Source of the DNA: an uncultured Chloroflexia bacterium
GTDB taxonomy: Bacteria > Chloroflexota > Anaerolineae > Anaerolineales > UBA4823
Assembly (NCBI GenBank): GCA_963736805.1
Contig: CAVTQM010000058.1
Span: forward strand, 150,589 to 214,588
Direction of reading: 5' to 3'
Length of the DNA: 64,000 nucleotides
In this document: positions 21,048 through 31,594 of the stretch, piece by piece
How the letters are laid out: the number at the start of each line of letters is the position of its first letter
How positions within the stretch are numbered: position 1 is the stretch's first letter
Made by a program: the position numbers and the translations under genes
The notes under the pieces: model-generated
What the model was told of the DNA's origin: nothing
What the model saw: the letters and a program-made list of their open reading frames with translations, nothing else
The model's database searches: none

Positions 21048-21962
21048 TTGTCGGGTTACAGATTCCAACCGATTGGGAAGTTATATCACTTTGACGCCAG
21101 TAATTTTGATGGAATTCAACCAGGAGATTTTGTTGTGGTTGAAACCAGTCGAGGAACTCAACTTGGGCAAATATCAAAATTCATCAATAATCCAGACCGG
21201 AACACAACACCTGGAATAAAATCGATATTGCGCATAGCCACTCCGCAGGATTTACTATTACGTCAAGAGTACGAAAAGAAAGAATACGAAGCAGTAAATG
21301 ATTGCCGAAAAAAAGCTGCAGAGCTAGGTCTCGTGGATGTAAAAATTATTTCTGCTGAATTCAGCCTAGATGGAAGTCGATTATTATTCGTTTATAGTTG
21401 TGACGAAGGAGAAAAAACTGATTTAAAATCCTTAAGGCGATCACTTCAGCGTACTTACCAGCAATCTCATGTTGAATTACATCTAGTAGGCCCGAGAGAT
21501 GTTGCCAAATCTCTGGGAGGGATGGGAGCTTGTGGTATGGAGTGCCGTTGTTGTACAGCATTTCTAACCGAATTTAGCCCCATTTCTATAAAAATGGCGA
21601 AAGAACAAGGTATTTCACTCACTCCAACTGAAATCACAGGGATGTGTGGAAGATTAAGATGTTGTTTAGTTTATGAATATGAACAATATGTAGAAGCTCG
21701 AAAACAATTACCAAAACGTGGAAAAATGGTAGTCACACCCAAAGGAAATGGTCATGTAATAGATGTAATTCCATTAAAAGGTTCTATTTTAGTGGAATTA
21801 GAGCAGGGTGGTCACCATGAGTTTAGCCAGCAAGAAATCCAACCATTTGAAGAATTAGAAACAATCAAGATTAAAACTGATAATAACTGCGAAAACTGCC
21901 CTGATAATTCTGGTGTGAGTAAGAAAATAGGGAAGAAGAAACCTTATGGTAGAAACCGATAA
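21048..21962 (+). CDS. PSP1 domain protein (RicT/YaaT-like)
   Basis: The N-terminus ..YRFQPIGKLYHFDA...GDFVVVETSRGTQLGQI and a Cys cluster (CGMECRCCTAF, CGRLRCCLVYE) are typical of PSP1/YaaT. The start codon is uncertain (TTG at 21048 or upstream). Confidence 0.7.
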   Translation: MSGYRFQPIGKLYHFDASNFDGIQPGDFVVVETSRGTQLGQISKFINNPDRNTTPGIKSILRIATPQDLLLRQEYEKKEYEAVNDCRKKAAELGLVDVKIISAEFSLDGSRLLFVYSCDEGEKTDLKSLRRSLQRTYQQSHVELHLVGPRDVAKSLGGMGACGMECRCCTAFLTEFSPISIKMAKEQGISLTPTEITGMCGRLRCCLVYEYEQYVEARKQLPKRGKMVVTPKGNGHVIDVIPLKGSILVELEQGGHHEFSQQEIQPFEELETIKIKTDNNCENCPDNSGVSKKIGKKKPYGRNR

Positions 21963-22680
21963 TGTAAACGGTTTATGGGATTTGCCTCAGAAGATATTGG
22001 TAATACTTGCGCATCCGGATGATCCAGAATTTTTCTGCGGAGCGTCGATTAATCACTGGATTCTCTCCGGTCATCATGTAATTTATTGCTTACTTACCTG
22101 TGGTGATAAAGGAACTAAAGATTTAACTCTAGGTTCAGATGAATTATGTTCAATTCGGCAAAAGGAGCAACATGCTGCTGCGAATATCTTGGGTGTAGAA
22201 AAGGTGATCTTTTTAAACTATCCAGATGGATACTTAGTGGCGGATATTGCACTTCGGCGAGATATTACACGGGTGATCCGCACTATCCGACCAGAGATTT
22301 TAGTTACTTGTGACCCACAGACTTTGTTTACTGCGAATGGTGGGATAAATCACCCTGACCATCGTGCAGCTGGTCAAGCTACTCTTGATGCAGTATTTCC
22401 CTCGGCGCGTGACCACCTGACTTTTATCGAATTATGGAAAGATGAAAAACTTGAACCACATAACGTGCGCGAAGTATGGGTATGTGGGACCTTACAGCCT
22501 GATATCATTCTGGATGTCACGGAGAATTGGGAAACCAAGATCCATGCATTATATGAACATAAGAGCCAGATTGGCGATCCAGAAAAACTAGCAGAACGCA
22601 TGCGCAATCGCAGGACAATTGATAGTACTTCAGAAAATCCACGATATGAGGAAAAATTTCGTCGATTGATCCTGGGATAA
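21946..22680 (+). CDS. PIG-L/LmbE-family N-acetylglucosaminyl deacetylase
   Basis: Carries the AHPDDPEF and HPDH metal-binding motifs. 244 aa. Confidence 0.75.
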   Translation: MVETDNVNGLWDLPQKILVILAHPDDPEFFCGASINHWILSGHHVIYCLLTCGDKGTKDLTLGSDELCSIRQKEQHAAANILGVEKVIFLNYPDGYLVADIALRRDITRVIRTIRPEILVTCDPQTLFTANGGINHPDHRAAGQATLDAVFPSARDHLTFIELWKDEKLEPHNVREVWVCGTLQPDIILDVTENWETKIHALYEHKSQIGDPEKLAERMRNRRTIDSTSENPRYEEKFRRLILG

Positions 22681-22711
22681 CAATATTTTAAATTAAGGTA
22701 TTTGAGGAACA

Positions 22712-23926
22712 ATGGCAAACATTATCGATGAAGCAAAAGAAGTATTTGATTACACCCGGGATCTCCGTCGTGATTTTCATATGCATCCAGAATTAGGGTT
22801 TAAAGAAATTCGAACAGCAAACATTGTAAATAAAGAATTATCCAATATGGGGCTAGAAGTTAAAACCGGTGTGGGTCAAACGGGTGTTGTAGCTCTGATA
22901 GAAGGAAAAAATCCTGGCCCAGTCGTATTAATCCGTTTTGACATGGATGCCCTTCCTATTCAGGAAGAAACCGATGCTGATTACGCGTCCACCAATCCGG
23001 GTGTGATGCATGCATGTGGACATGATGGACATGTGGCGATCGGGCTGACTGTTGCTCGTTTAATAAACAAGCATCGGTCTGAGTTTTCTGGAACAGTAAA
23101 ATTAGTTTTTCAACCTGCAGAAGAAGGGCTTGGCGGAGCAGAATGGATGATTAAAGACGGCGTATTACAAAGCCCTCAACCTGATTTTGCATTGGCGCTT
23201 CATGTTTGGAATGAGAAACCAGTTGGATGGATTGGTATTGTTCCTGGTCCTGTGATGGCAGCTGCGGATACGTTCTCAATAAAAATTATTGGAAAAGGTG
23301 GACATGGTGCTGCGCCACATCTATGCAATGACCCTATCCTGGCAGCTGCACAAGTGGTTAATTTGCTGCAGGGAATTGTATCCAGGAATGTTTCGCCATT
23401 AAAATCAGCTGTAGTAACAGTCGCTTCCATTCATGGGGGAGAAGCATTCAATGTCATCCCGCCGGACGTGGAATTGAAAGGAACAATTCGCTCATTCGAA
23501 CCTGAAATCCGGGCTATGGTAATCAGGCGATTTCATGAGATTGTAGAACATGTAGCCATAGCAACGGGGTGTGAATCGCAAGTAGATATACGATCAATTA
23601 CGCCTGCAGTAATAAATCACCCTGATGTTACATACCGCGTTCAACAAACAGCCAGCCGAATCCTTCCAAATGCTCAGTTCGATTACCAAACGATAACCAT
23701 GGGATCAGAAGATATGGCTTATATGATGCAGGAGATACCCGGATGTTATTTCTTTATAGGCTCAGCAAATAGTGAAAAGAAACTGGATGCATCCCACCAC
23801 CATCCTAAATTTGACTTCGATGAAACTATCCTCCCAAACGCTGTTGGTTTAATGGTAGCTTCTACATTGGAATTTCTTAGGGAATTAATGAACAAAAGGT
23901 CAAGGAGAAAAGATGACCATCGATAA
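22712..23926 (+). CDS. M20D-family amidohydrolase, second paralogue
   Basis: Intact 404 aa with the same signature blocks as 8509-9696 (FHMHPELGFKE, RFDMDALP, GVMHACGHDGH). Confidence 0.8.
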   Translation: MANIIDEAKEVFDYTRDLRRDFHMHPELGFKEIRTANIVNKELSNMGLEVKTGVGQTGVVALIEGKNPGPVVLIRFDMDALPIQEETDADYASTNPGVMHACGHDGHVAIGLTVARLINKHRSEFSGTVKLVFQPAEEGLGGAEWMIKDGVLQSPQPDFALALHVWNEKPVGWIGIVPGPVMAAADTFSIKIIGKGGHGAAPHLCNDPILAAAQVVNLLQGIVSRNVSPLKSAVVTVASIHGGEAFNVIPPDVELKGTIRSFEPEIRAMVIRRFHEIVEHVAIATGCESQVDIRSITPAVINHPDVTYRVQQTASRILPNAQFDYQTITMGSEDMAYMMQEIPGCYFFIGSANSEKKLDASHHHPKFDFDETILPNAVGLMVASTLEFLRELMNKRSRRKDDHR

Positions 23927-25755
23927 TAGGGCTTACAACAGCGGAAATGGAAAATTAATGGCACCTGTCATCAATAATTTTAATATTACCGTAGCAACTG
24001 TAAATGGCTCAGGCAGTCAGACATCCAACCTGACCTTAATGCGGGCATTATTCAAGATGGGAATACCGGTTTCTGGTAAAAACCTTTTTCCATCAAATAT
24101 CCAGGGATTACCTACCTGGTATACGATCAGGATAAATGAGGATGGTTTTTTAGCCAGGTGTGAGACCCAAGAGATATCTGTGGCAATGAATTCAGCTACT
24201 TTTATCAAAGATATGGAAGGTTTGGTTGAAGGTGGCGTTTTATTTTTTGATGACTCTATAAAAATCCCGATTAATCGAACTGATATTCATCAATACCCCA
24301 TGCCCGTCAATAAAATGGTACGAGATTCTAATGCTCCCACGAGCCTCCGTGATTACCTGGCAAATATGGTTTATGTTGGGATCGTTGCCAATATTATAGG
24401 GATAGATATGGACAATATCTACCAGGCTTTGGAATTCCATTTTAAAGGTAAACAAAAACCAATTGAGATGAATTGGGGCATGGTAAGCAATGCATACGAT
24501 TGGGCAGCTGGGAATCTCCATAAAGAAGATTCATATTTTGTAAAACCCTCCAATAAAACAACCGGCTACATTATGGCAGATGGCAATACAGCAGCTGCCC
24601 TAGGCGCTTTGTATGGCGGATTACAATTTGCTGCCTGGTATCCAATTACACCAGCAACATCGTTAGCTGAGACAATCAATGAATTTGTCCCCGTATTCCG
24701 TAAGGATCCGATCTCTGGGAAGAACACTTGTGTCGTATTACAAGCTGAAGACGAACTCGCGGCTATCGGAATGGTAGTCGGAGCTGGTTGGTCTGGATTA
24801 CGGGCAATGACTTCTACATCGGGACCCGGTCTTAGCTTGATGGTTGAATATGTTGGTTTAGCATATTTTTCGGAAGTACCATTGGTAATTTGGGATATTC
24901 AACGCATTGGTCCTTCAACCGGTCTTCCAACCCGAACTTCGCAGGGTGATCTTCGGTTAGCCCATTTTATGGGTCATGGAGATGCAAAGCACGTAATTAT
25001 ATTACCCGGATCGGTCACGGAATGTTTTGAATTTGGCTGGAAGGCGTTTGATATTGCCGAGAGGTTACAGACACCTGTAATCGTCTTATCGGATTTGGAT
25101 TTTGGTATGAACCAATGGATGACAAAACCATTTGAGTACCCAGATAAACCGATGGATCGCGGGAAGGTCTTGTGGGAGGAAGATGTACAAAAAATGGAAT
25201 CGAAATGGGGTCGTTATTTGGATCTTGATGGAGATGGAATAACATACCGTACACTTCCAGGAAATAAAGCGCCAAACGCTGCTTATTTTGCTCGTGGGAC
25301 TGGTCATGATGAGTATGCCAATTACAGTGAACAACCAGAGGATTGGGAAAAAAACCTGCTTCGATTAGAGCGGAAAATAGACAGTAATATTGCGTTGCTT
25401 CCAAAACCAATCATAAAAACGACCAGTGGTGCGAAAATAAGCGTTATATCCTATGGATCGACTGATGTGGCAATAGAACGAAGCAATGACTTTCTTGTTA
25501 AAAAATGGATTGAAGATTGATCACTTACGGGTTCGGTCCTTGCCTGCAGGTTCTGAATTGACTGACTTTGTACATGAGCATGAACGAAATTATGTGGTAG
25601 AACTTAATCGAGACGGACAATTGCACCAAATACTTTGCTTAGAAATCCCCGATAGCTCGATGAAATTAATTTCTCTATCACATCTGGATGGACTACCTAT
25701 GACAGCCCAATGGGTAGTTAATCAAATAACCGCCAAAGAGGATGAACATAAATGA
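23913..25755 (+). CDS. 2-oxoacid:ferredoxin oxidoreductase alpha subunit (fused gamma-alpha type), one frame break near 25486-25520
   Basis: The 535-aa ORF plus the 89-aa ORF 25486-25755 in another frame give a KorA-type subunit. The likely real start is MAPVINNF.. at about 23958. Confidence 0.8.
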
Positions 25756-26798
25756 CAGATCAACTATCACAAACTCCTAGGACACAGGTTAATCTTGTCG
25801 GATTATCCAAGAATGATTATCGGGGTAATCCAAGCTCATTATGTCAGGGATGTGGGCATAACTCCATCTCTAGCCAAATTATCGCTGCTTGTTTTGAAAT
25901 GAATATTATCCCTGAAAACGTAGTCAAATTTAGTGGGATTGGTTGTTCAAGTAAAAGCCCATTCTATTTTTTAAACCGTTCTTTTGGTTTTAATGGACTT
26001 CATGGACGTATGCCATCATTGGCAACCGGAGCAATGTTTGGGAATATCTTTTTAAAAGGTATTGGAGTGAGTGGAGACGGGGATACAGCCAGTATTGGTA
26101 TGGGACAATTCAAACATATCGTCCGTAGAAATGTTCCCTTGGTATATATTGTTGAGAATAATGGGGTGTATGGATTGACAAAAGGCCAGTTTTCTGCCAC
26201 TGCTGATGAGGGCTTGGAACTTAAAAAGCAAGGTACAAATCCTTATTTACCAGTAGATATTGCCTGGGAAGCGCTGGTTAGTCATGCAACCTTTGTGGCA
26301 CGTTCTTTTGCGGGTGACCCGAAACAGGTGAAAGAATTGATTAAAGCTGCCCTTAGCCATAACGGAATTGCTGTTCTAGATATCATTAGTCCTTGTGTTA
26401 CTTTTAACAACCAGGATACTACAAGTCACTCCTATTCGTGGGGGAAAGAACATGAAGTGGCATTGCATGATTTATCATTTGTACCTTATGCGGAAGAGAT
26501 CTTGGTAGATTATGAGGATGGTCAAATAAAGGAGGTGACCATGCACGATGGGTCAATGGTGATACTAAAGAAATTGGAACGAGATTATGATCCGAAAAAT
26601 CGCGCTGAGGCGATGAGGGTTTTGGAAGAATCCAATAAAGATTGTTGCCTGATCACTGGTTTGATCTATATCGATGAAAACTCACCTACTCTTTTTGAAT
26701 TATATAACCTGCCTGATGAACCTTTAAATCGACTTACAGAGGATCGGTTACGCCCACCAAGGGAATCAATCGATAAAGTAAATGAAATGATGTTCTGA
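25752..26798 (+). CDS. 2-oxoacid:ferredoxin oxidoreductase beta subunit (TPP-binding)
   Basis: Carries CQGCGHNSI and GDGD...N TPP-binding blocks. There is a 4-nt overlap with the alpha subunit. Confidence 0.85.
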   Translation: MTDQLSQTPRTQVNLVGLSKNDYRGNPSSLCQGCGHNSISSQIIAACFEMNIIPENVVKFSGIGCSSKSPFYFLNRSFGFNGLHGRMPSLATGAMFGNIFLKGIGVSGDGDTASIGMGQFKHIVRRNVPLVYIVENNGVYGLTKGQFSATADEGLELKKQGTNPYLPVDIAWEALVSHATFVARSFAGDPKQVKELIKAALSHNGIAVLDIISPCVTFNNQDTTSHSYSWGKEHEVALHDLSFVPYAEEILVDYEDGQIKEVTMHDGSMVILKKLERDYDPKNRAEAMRVLEESNKDCCLITGLIYIDENSPTLFELYNLPDEPLNRLTEDRLRPPRESIDKVNEMMF

Positions 26799-26802
26799 AA
26801 TA

Positions 26803-26832
26803 AAAATCCCGCATTTTCTGCGGGATTTTTTC
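26803..26832. terminator. Bidirectional rho-independent terminator between convergent operons
   Basis: Stem ATCCCGCA / TGCGGGAT (26806-26813 / 26819-26826), flanked by an A run on one side and a T run on the other. Confidence 0.6.
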
Positions 26833-26876
26833 AATCTTACAAGCCATCTACTTATTTTATGAGATTGTTCTACAAA

Positions 26877-27338
26877 TTATGAAGGTTTGAAATAAGCAAT
26901 ATCCAGTATTGAACCGATTCGCTCAGATGCTGGTTTAAAGACAGCCTGGACGGTCATCCCAAAATTTATCTGCTCCGGGTCAATTTCACCCAAACGATGG
27001 ATTAATCCACCATCGCCGAAACGAATAAAGGCAATGATCTGTGGTACATCGCTTGAACTTCCATCGAGGTTGACATGCAAGACAGTATAAGTATCCACCT
27101 CACCACTTGTTCCAACATCTATCCATTCATCAAGTTTAGCAAGACACCGCTCGCAAAATATTGCAGCTGGTACATAAGTGTGATCACAGTGGGGGCAATA
27201 CGTTCCAAGAATTTTACTTTCATCCTTCAATGTACGAAAGAATTTTTCTCCTGCCAAACCGTATGTATACCGGTTTGTAACCGGTAATTCCCCCTGCCAA
27301 TTTAAAGGTGAATTAGGATCCCGATTTAGAAGTGGCAT
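26877..27338 (-). CDS. DUF35 family protein (Zn-ribbon + OB fold), copy 2
   Basis: The likely start is MPLLNRDP at 27338, with an AAGGAG RBS inside the end of the upstream gene. It has a C4 ribbon (CPHCDHTYVPAAIFCERC) followed by an OB-fold-like C-terminus. Confidence 0.75.
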   Translation of the reverse strand: MPLLNRDPNSPLNWQGELPVTNRYTYGLAGEKFFRTLKDESKILGTYCPHCDHTYVPAAIFCERCLAKLDEWIDVGTSGEVDTYTVLHVNLDGSSSDVPQIIAFIRFGDGGLIHRLGEIDPEQINFGMTVQAVFKPASERIGSILDIAYFKPS

Positions 27339-27339
27339 A

Positions 27340-27855
27340 TTAATTCTCCTTTGCAGGTTTAAAATACAAGATATCGGTAATGGAACCTTGTCTCTCATTA
27401 GCAGGTTTCCATACAGCTTGAACTCGCATCCCAATCTTTACTTCTTGTGGATCAATTTCACCGAGCATATGCATGATGCCGTGCAGCGGGGATGCCCCAT
27501 CGATGTTTATCACTGCAGGGATTTCCGGATCCTTTATCCTTTGAACATCCCAAGTAACGTAACAAAGGGAAAATGTATTTACAATCCCTGTATCCTGCAG
27601 TGGTATAAATTCATCCATCGGTCGAAAACACCATTCGCAGAATATTCGGGGAGGCACAACAATTTTCCGGCATGTTTTACAATGACTACCGAGAATTACA
27701 CCATTTTTAAGTGAAGCCAGGTATGCTCCAATCCCAATTCCTGTATCCCAAGAAAACACACCGTTGAGTTTATCAAAATTATATAAAATCTTACCATTTG
27801 AAAAATCCTGCTCATTTAAGGAAGTTCCAGGAAATTCTTTAATTTTTGCAGTCAT
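27340..27855 (-). CDS. DUF35 family protein (Zn-ribbon + OB fold), copy 1
   Basis: 171 aa with a C4 ribbon (CKTCRKIVVPPRIFCEWC) and an OB-fold-like C-terminus. Confidence 0.75.
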   Translation of the reverse strand: MTAKIKEFPGTSLNEQDFSNGKILYNFDKLNGVFSWDTGIGIGAYLASLKNGVILGSHCKTCRKIVVPPRIFCEWCFRPMDEFIPLQDTGIVNTFSLCYVTWDVQRIKDPEIPAVINIDGASPLHGIMHMLGEIDPQEVKIGMRVQAVWKPANERQGSITDILYFKPAKEN

Positions 27856-27865
27856 ATATCACTCC

Positions 27866-29032
27866 TTATCTCCCCATGATAACAACCGTACCCACTTGCA
27901 TCAAGTCACCCCAGGCTTGAGCTAGTCCCCGGCGAGGTTGACCTGGAACTTGACGCAAACCGGCTTCACCGCGCAACTGCCAGAATAACTCAGCAATTTT
28001 CATCAACCCTGCAGCTGCAATTGGATTTCCGACGCCTAATAATCCTCCGGATGGGCATATAGGCATATTGCCAGTGCGAGAGGCTGTGCCATCACTATAC
28101 AATTCCGCGGCTTTGCCTCTTTCTGCGAGTTGAAGACCTTCCAAATGGTGCAAGGCTTTGTAATCAAATGGGTCGTATGGTTCGGCAATATGAATCTCCT
28201 TGCGAGGCTCTTTGATTCCTGCCATATCATATGCCATTCGGGCAGCATATTCCACATATCGAGGATAGGCAAGATCCCGGTTTGTCCAGTAGGATGTGTC
28301 CAGATGCCAGCCTACACCTTCAATCCAAACTGGTTTATCGGTGATCCGTTTTGCAATATGCTCGGCAGCCAATATCACAGCAACTGCGCCATCGGATACC
28401 GGACTTACATCAAAACGTTGAACTGGCCAAGCTAACACTTCTGAGTTCAGGATATCATCCAATGTAATATTGGCATCTCCCAAGAGGGAGCACGGATGGT
28501 CTGCAGCATTCCTTTTATGCTGAACAGCAACCTGAGCGATATCAGCCTTGGAAATTCCATAAGTGGTCATATAGCGGTTCATTTCCAATGCAAATATCCA
28601 AAGCAGGTTTGGTTTTAATGGGCGTTCAGTTGTGTGATCGAAAATCGTCAAAAAAGCTGCTTGTGCATGAGGATAATATGACGACATTTTTTCTTCTGCC
28701 ACAACCATGACAACATCGAATAATCCTGATGCAATGTGATACCAACCTTGGATTGGGACAAACACACCGGTGCCGCCTCCAACATAGGAGCGCATATAAG
28801 GTTTTCGCCAAGCACCTGCTCCGTCGCTTAAATATTCTCCATTCAAATGTACACCGTCAAAAGCATCAGGAGCAGTCCCAAGGCAAACTGCTTCAATATC
28901 ATCCATGGTCATCTCGCAAGATTCTAAGGCCATATGCGCAGCTTCCCAGGATAATTCTTTGGGTGTCTCCTGCGCGCGTCTAACAAATTTTGTCATTCCA
29001 GCACCAACAACGGCTACTTTACGCATTCCCAT
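27866..29032 (-). CDS. Thiolase-fold (SCP-x/archaeal thiolase-like) protein lacking the catalytic Cys and His
   Basis: 388 aa with thiolase-like ends (MRKVAVVGAGMTKF..., ..QLRGEAGLRQV..). The nucleophile segment reads YVGGGTGVF instead of ..ACxSG.., and GHPxGATG is replaced by GVGNPIAAAG. Confidence 0.75.
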   Translation of the reverse strand: MGMRKVAVVGAGMTKFVRRAQETPKELSWEAAHMALESCEMTMDDIEAVCLGTAPDAFDGVHLNGEYLSDGAGAWRKPYMRSYVGGGTGVFVPIQGWYHIASGLFDVVMVVAEEKMSSYYPHAQAAFLTIFDHTTERPLKPNLLWIFALEMNRYMTTYGISKADIAQVAVQHKRNAADHPCSLLGDANITLDDILNSEVLAWPVQRFDVSPVSDGAVAVILAAEHIAKRITDKPVWIEGVGWHLDTSYWTNRDLAYPRYVEYAARMAYDMAGIKEPRKEIHIAEPYDPFDYKALHHLEGLQLAERGKAAELYSDGTASRTGNMPICPSGGLLGVGNPIAAAGLMKIAELFWQLRGEAGLRQVPGQPRRGLAQAWGDLMQVGTVVIMGR

Positions 29033-29045
29033 AGAGGTATCCTTT

Positions 29046-30198
29046 CTAGTTAGCGAGAATTAGAACTGCACCGCTATTGGTTGGCACACCACGCCAGGAT
29101 TGTGCCAGACCGATGTTCGTATCTTCAACCTGTCGAGCCCCTGCTTCGCCTCGTAGTTGAAGAATAATCTCGTAGGTACGTGCGAGCCCATTGGCTTCTA
29201 GGAGATTACCCATACCCAGACTTCCACCTGATACATTAACTGGTAATCCACTATCCGGGGATGTAAAACCTTCAGTGGTTAAATTACCAGCTTCCCCTTC
29301 TCTGCAAAAACCCAATGCTTCTAGAGCCTGTAATTCTTTGTAAGCATAAGTGTCGTCGACTTCTGCAATGTCAATTGCTTCAAGTGGATTATTAATTCCA
29401 GCCTGTTTATATGCCATACGTGCCAGCTGCTTCTGCATATATTGCACGTGACCAATCACGATTTTCCAGAGAGGGAGAATCATTATTCCAACCAACGCCC
29501 AAGATCCATATAGGTTTGTCTGTGAGTGAAGTTGCACTTTCCTGTGATGCAAGGACCATAACAATGGCCCCGTCCGAATGGTCTGCTATTTCACGTTTTC
29601 CGAGTGGCCAGGAAAAAACAGGTCCTGAAAGGACATCTTCAATTGAGAGATTTGCACCATAAGGGGCTAATGGATTTGATAACGCATTAAATCTATTTTT
29701 TGTTACCACCGCTGCGCAGTGTTCATGCAAGGTTCCCGAAACGTATAAATATCGATTCATTTCTAAGCCAGCAATAAAATGGCTGTTTAGAGATAAAGGA
29801 CGGTTTAAAACAGGATCCTGCGCATAGGCAGTTATATTGGGTAAGGTTTTTATATTTGAGGCTTTACTATGCCCTTCGACAGCGACAATATCAAATTGAC
29901 CGGTACGGATTAACATGTAAGCTGTAGCAATTCCGTGTAATCCATCCCCTGTTATCGTATGCACGGGTTTCAAAGCCCCGCCGATTTGATCTGGAGTATA
30001 TTCGTCAAAGATGCTGGTACCCTCATGAAAATCCTCGGCTACAGTAACAAAACTCTCAATATCCCTGCGAGGATCAACACCAGCATCATTATAAGCACGC
30101 ACGGCAGCTTCATAAACCATTTCTTTATACGATTGTTCAGGTGAAACAGACCGAAATCCTGTACAACCTACTCCCACAATGGCAACTCTTTCATGCAT
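29046..30198 (-). CDS. Second thiolase-fold protein lacking the catalytic Cys and His, one frame break (29407-29564)
   Basis: The start MHERVAIVGVGCTGF is at 30198, behind an AAGGAGG RBS. The nucleophile segment is HTITGDGLHG and the His segment is GMGNLLEANG. The two ORF pieces are in different frames. Confidence 0.7.
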
Positions 30199-30257
30199 GG
30201 ATACCTCCTTATAATTAGACCTAATCATGTGGTGGTTACCTTATCACAGCTTGTGAA

Positions 30258-31169
30258 CTAATTTTCGGATTGAGCCTCCTTTTCTTTGGATAATCGCCCT
30301 CTTTCAGCCATTGATGCAAGACCTATACTGATGAAGTATAAAACTATCATTGGAGCCATAACAAGTCCCATATTTACTGGATCTACAGTAGGTGTTATTG
30401 ACGCCGCTAATATCGCTATGATTACAATAGCTAATTTCCACTGCTCGAGAAGGTTTTTTGCTTTGATCAAACCAAGATTAGCTAGTAAATATATCACCAA
30501 TGGAAATTCAAAAGTCACACCAATCCAAAACATTATGAGGGTCACAAAATTATAATATGAAGAAGGGCGTGGTTGGGTGGTTAAACCCATAAAATTAAAT
30601 AGAAATGGTAACGCGGTTGGAAGCATCACATAGAAAGCAAATGCCATACCACCAATAAAAAGGAATATTGCTACTGGGATTGCAATTAGTCCTTTTATAC
30701 GTGATTTAACTCGAAGTGCTGGTGCAACGAACAGCCATATTTCGAAGATTACATAGGGTAATGCAATCGTAAATCCACTCAGAAGAGTTACCCGCATCAC
30801 GGTGCCGACATTTTCAGTTACATCGATAGCAACTAGTTCATCCATGCCACCAGCCATGGGTGCTGCCAGATAATTCAGGATACTCTCCACAACTAAGAAG
30901 GATAATGCTGTGGCAATAATTATCGCTAAAACACCACGGAGCAGATGTTTCCGTAATGCATTAAGGTGGGGAAGAAGTGCTTTTGGATTCTCAATTGTGG
31001 TTGAGAAGGATTTAGCAATGGGAGTATCATCCAATTCTTCTTCTTTAAAATACGAATTAATGGTTTGCAATCCATGATTAATGAAAGTACTTAACCGGTG
31101 CATGACTCGAACTATGAAACGTGCTGGAAAAGTAATAAAATTCCAAATCGAACGGAGCATTTTTCGCAT
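30258..31169 (-). CDS. tatC: Twin-arginine translocase subunit TatC
   Basis: 303-aa polytopic protein with the TatC core beginning at ..LPHLNALRKHLLRG.., preceded by an N-terminal extension of about 65 aa. Confidence 0.85.
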   Translation of the reverse strand: MRKMLRSIWNFITFPARFIVRVMHRLSTFINHGLQTINSYFKEEELDDTPIAKSFSTTIENPKALLPHLNALRKHLLRGVLAIIIATALSFLVVESILNYLAAPMAGGMDELVAIDVTENVGTVMRVTLLSGFTIALPYVIFEIWLFVAPALRVKSRIKGLIAIPVAIFLFIGGMAFAFYVMLPTALPFLFNFMGLTTQPRPSSYYNFVTLIMFWIGVTFEFPLVIYLLANLGLIKAKNLLEQWKLAIVIIAILAASITPTVDPVNMGLVMAPMIVLYFISIGLASMAERGRLSKEKEAQSEN

Positions 31170-31172
31170 TAG

Positions 31173-31583
31173 TTAATTATCATTATTCGGATGATATACT
31201 TTTCCCGATGTTTCCCCAATGATTTTTGATTCTTCAGCATCAGTTCTGGTAATTGGTAAATCCGTTGAACCAGGAGGTGTTGTCCAGGAAGACATATCCA
31301 GTTCTTTTTTTACTTCATTATTTATCTGTCTTCCGATTGAATTAATATCTTTCAGTTCATTCGAAAGCTCATCTAAACTGGCTTCACGCATCAGTCTATT
31401 TGGTAAATATCTCAGCTCACGAGATGCTTTTTGGACAGTACGCCATTCTGGTGAAGTGATTATCTTGCGTAAAAAGCGCCCAAGAGTCAGCCCAGCTTTT
31501 ACCATATCACCAGGACCAAGAATGATTAAAGCAATCAATAGAATAAATATTAGCTCGAGTGGACCAATTCCAAATACTTCCAT
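31173..31583 (-). CDS. tatA: Twin-arginine translocase TatA/TatB-family protein
   Basis: It has an N-terminal TM helix plus hinge (GPLELIFILLIALIILGPGDM), followed by an amphipathic/charged tail. 136 aa. Confidence 0.7.
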   Translation of the reverse strand: MEVFGIGPLELIFILLIALIILGPGDMVKAGLTLGRFLRKIITSPEWRTVQKASRELRYLPNRLMREASLDELSNELKDINSIGRQINNEVKKELDMSSWTTPPGSTDLPITRTDAEESKIIGETSGKVYHPNNDN

Positions 31584-31594
31584 GGGAAGAATAG

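Noticed and set aside
21008-21062. Additional frameshift at the start of the PSP1/RicT-like gene (GTG at 21008 giving ..PCIVGL.. in another frame)
   Set aside because: Both frames give plausible family-like N-termini (IVGL vs SGYRF). The evidence is too ambiguous to claim a break, so I kept the TTG start at 21048.
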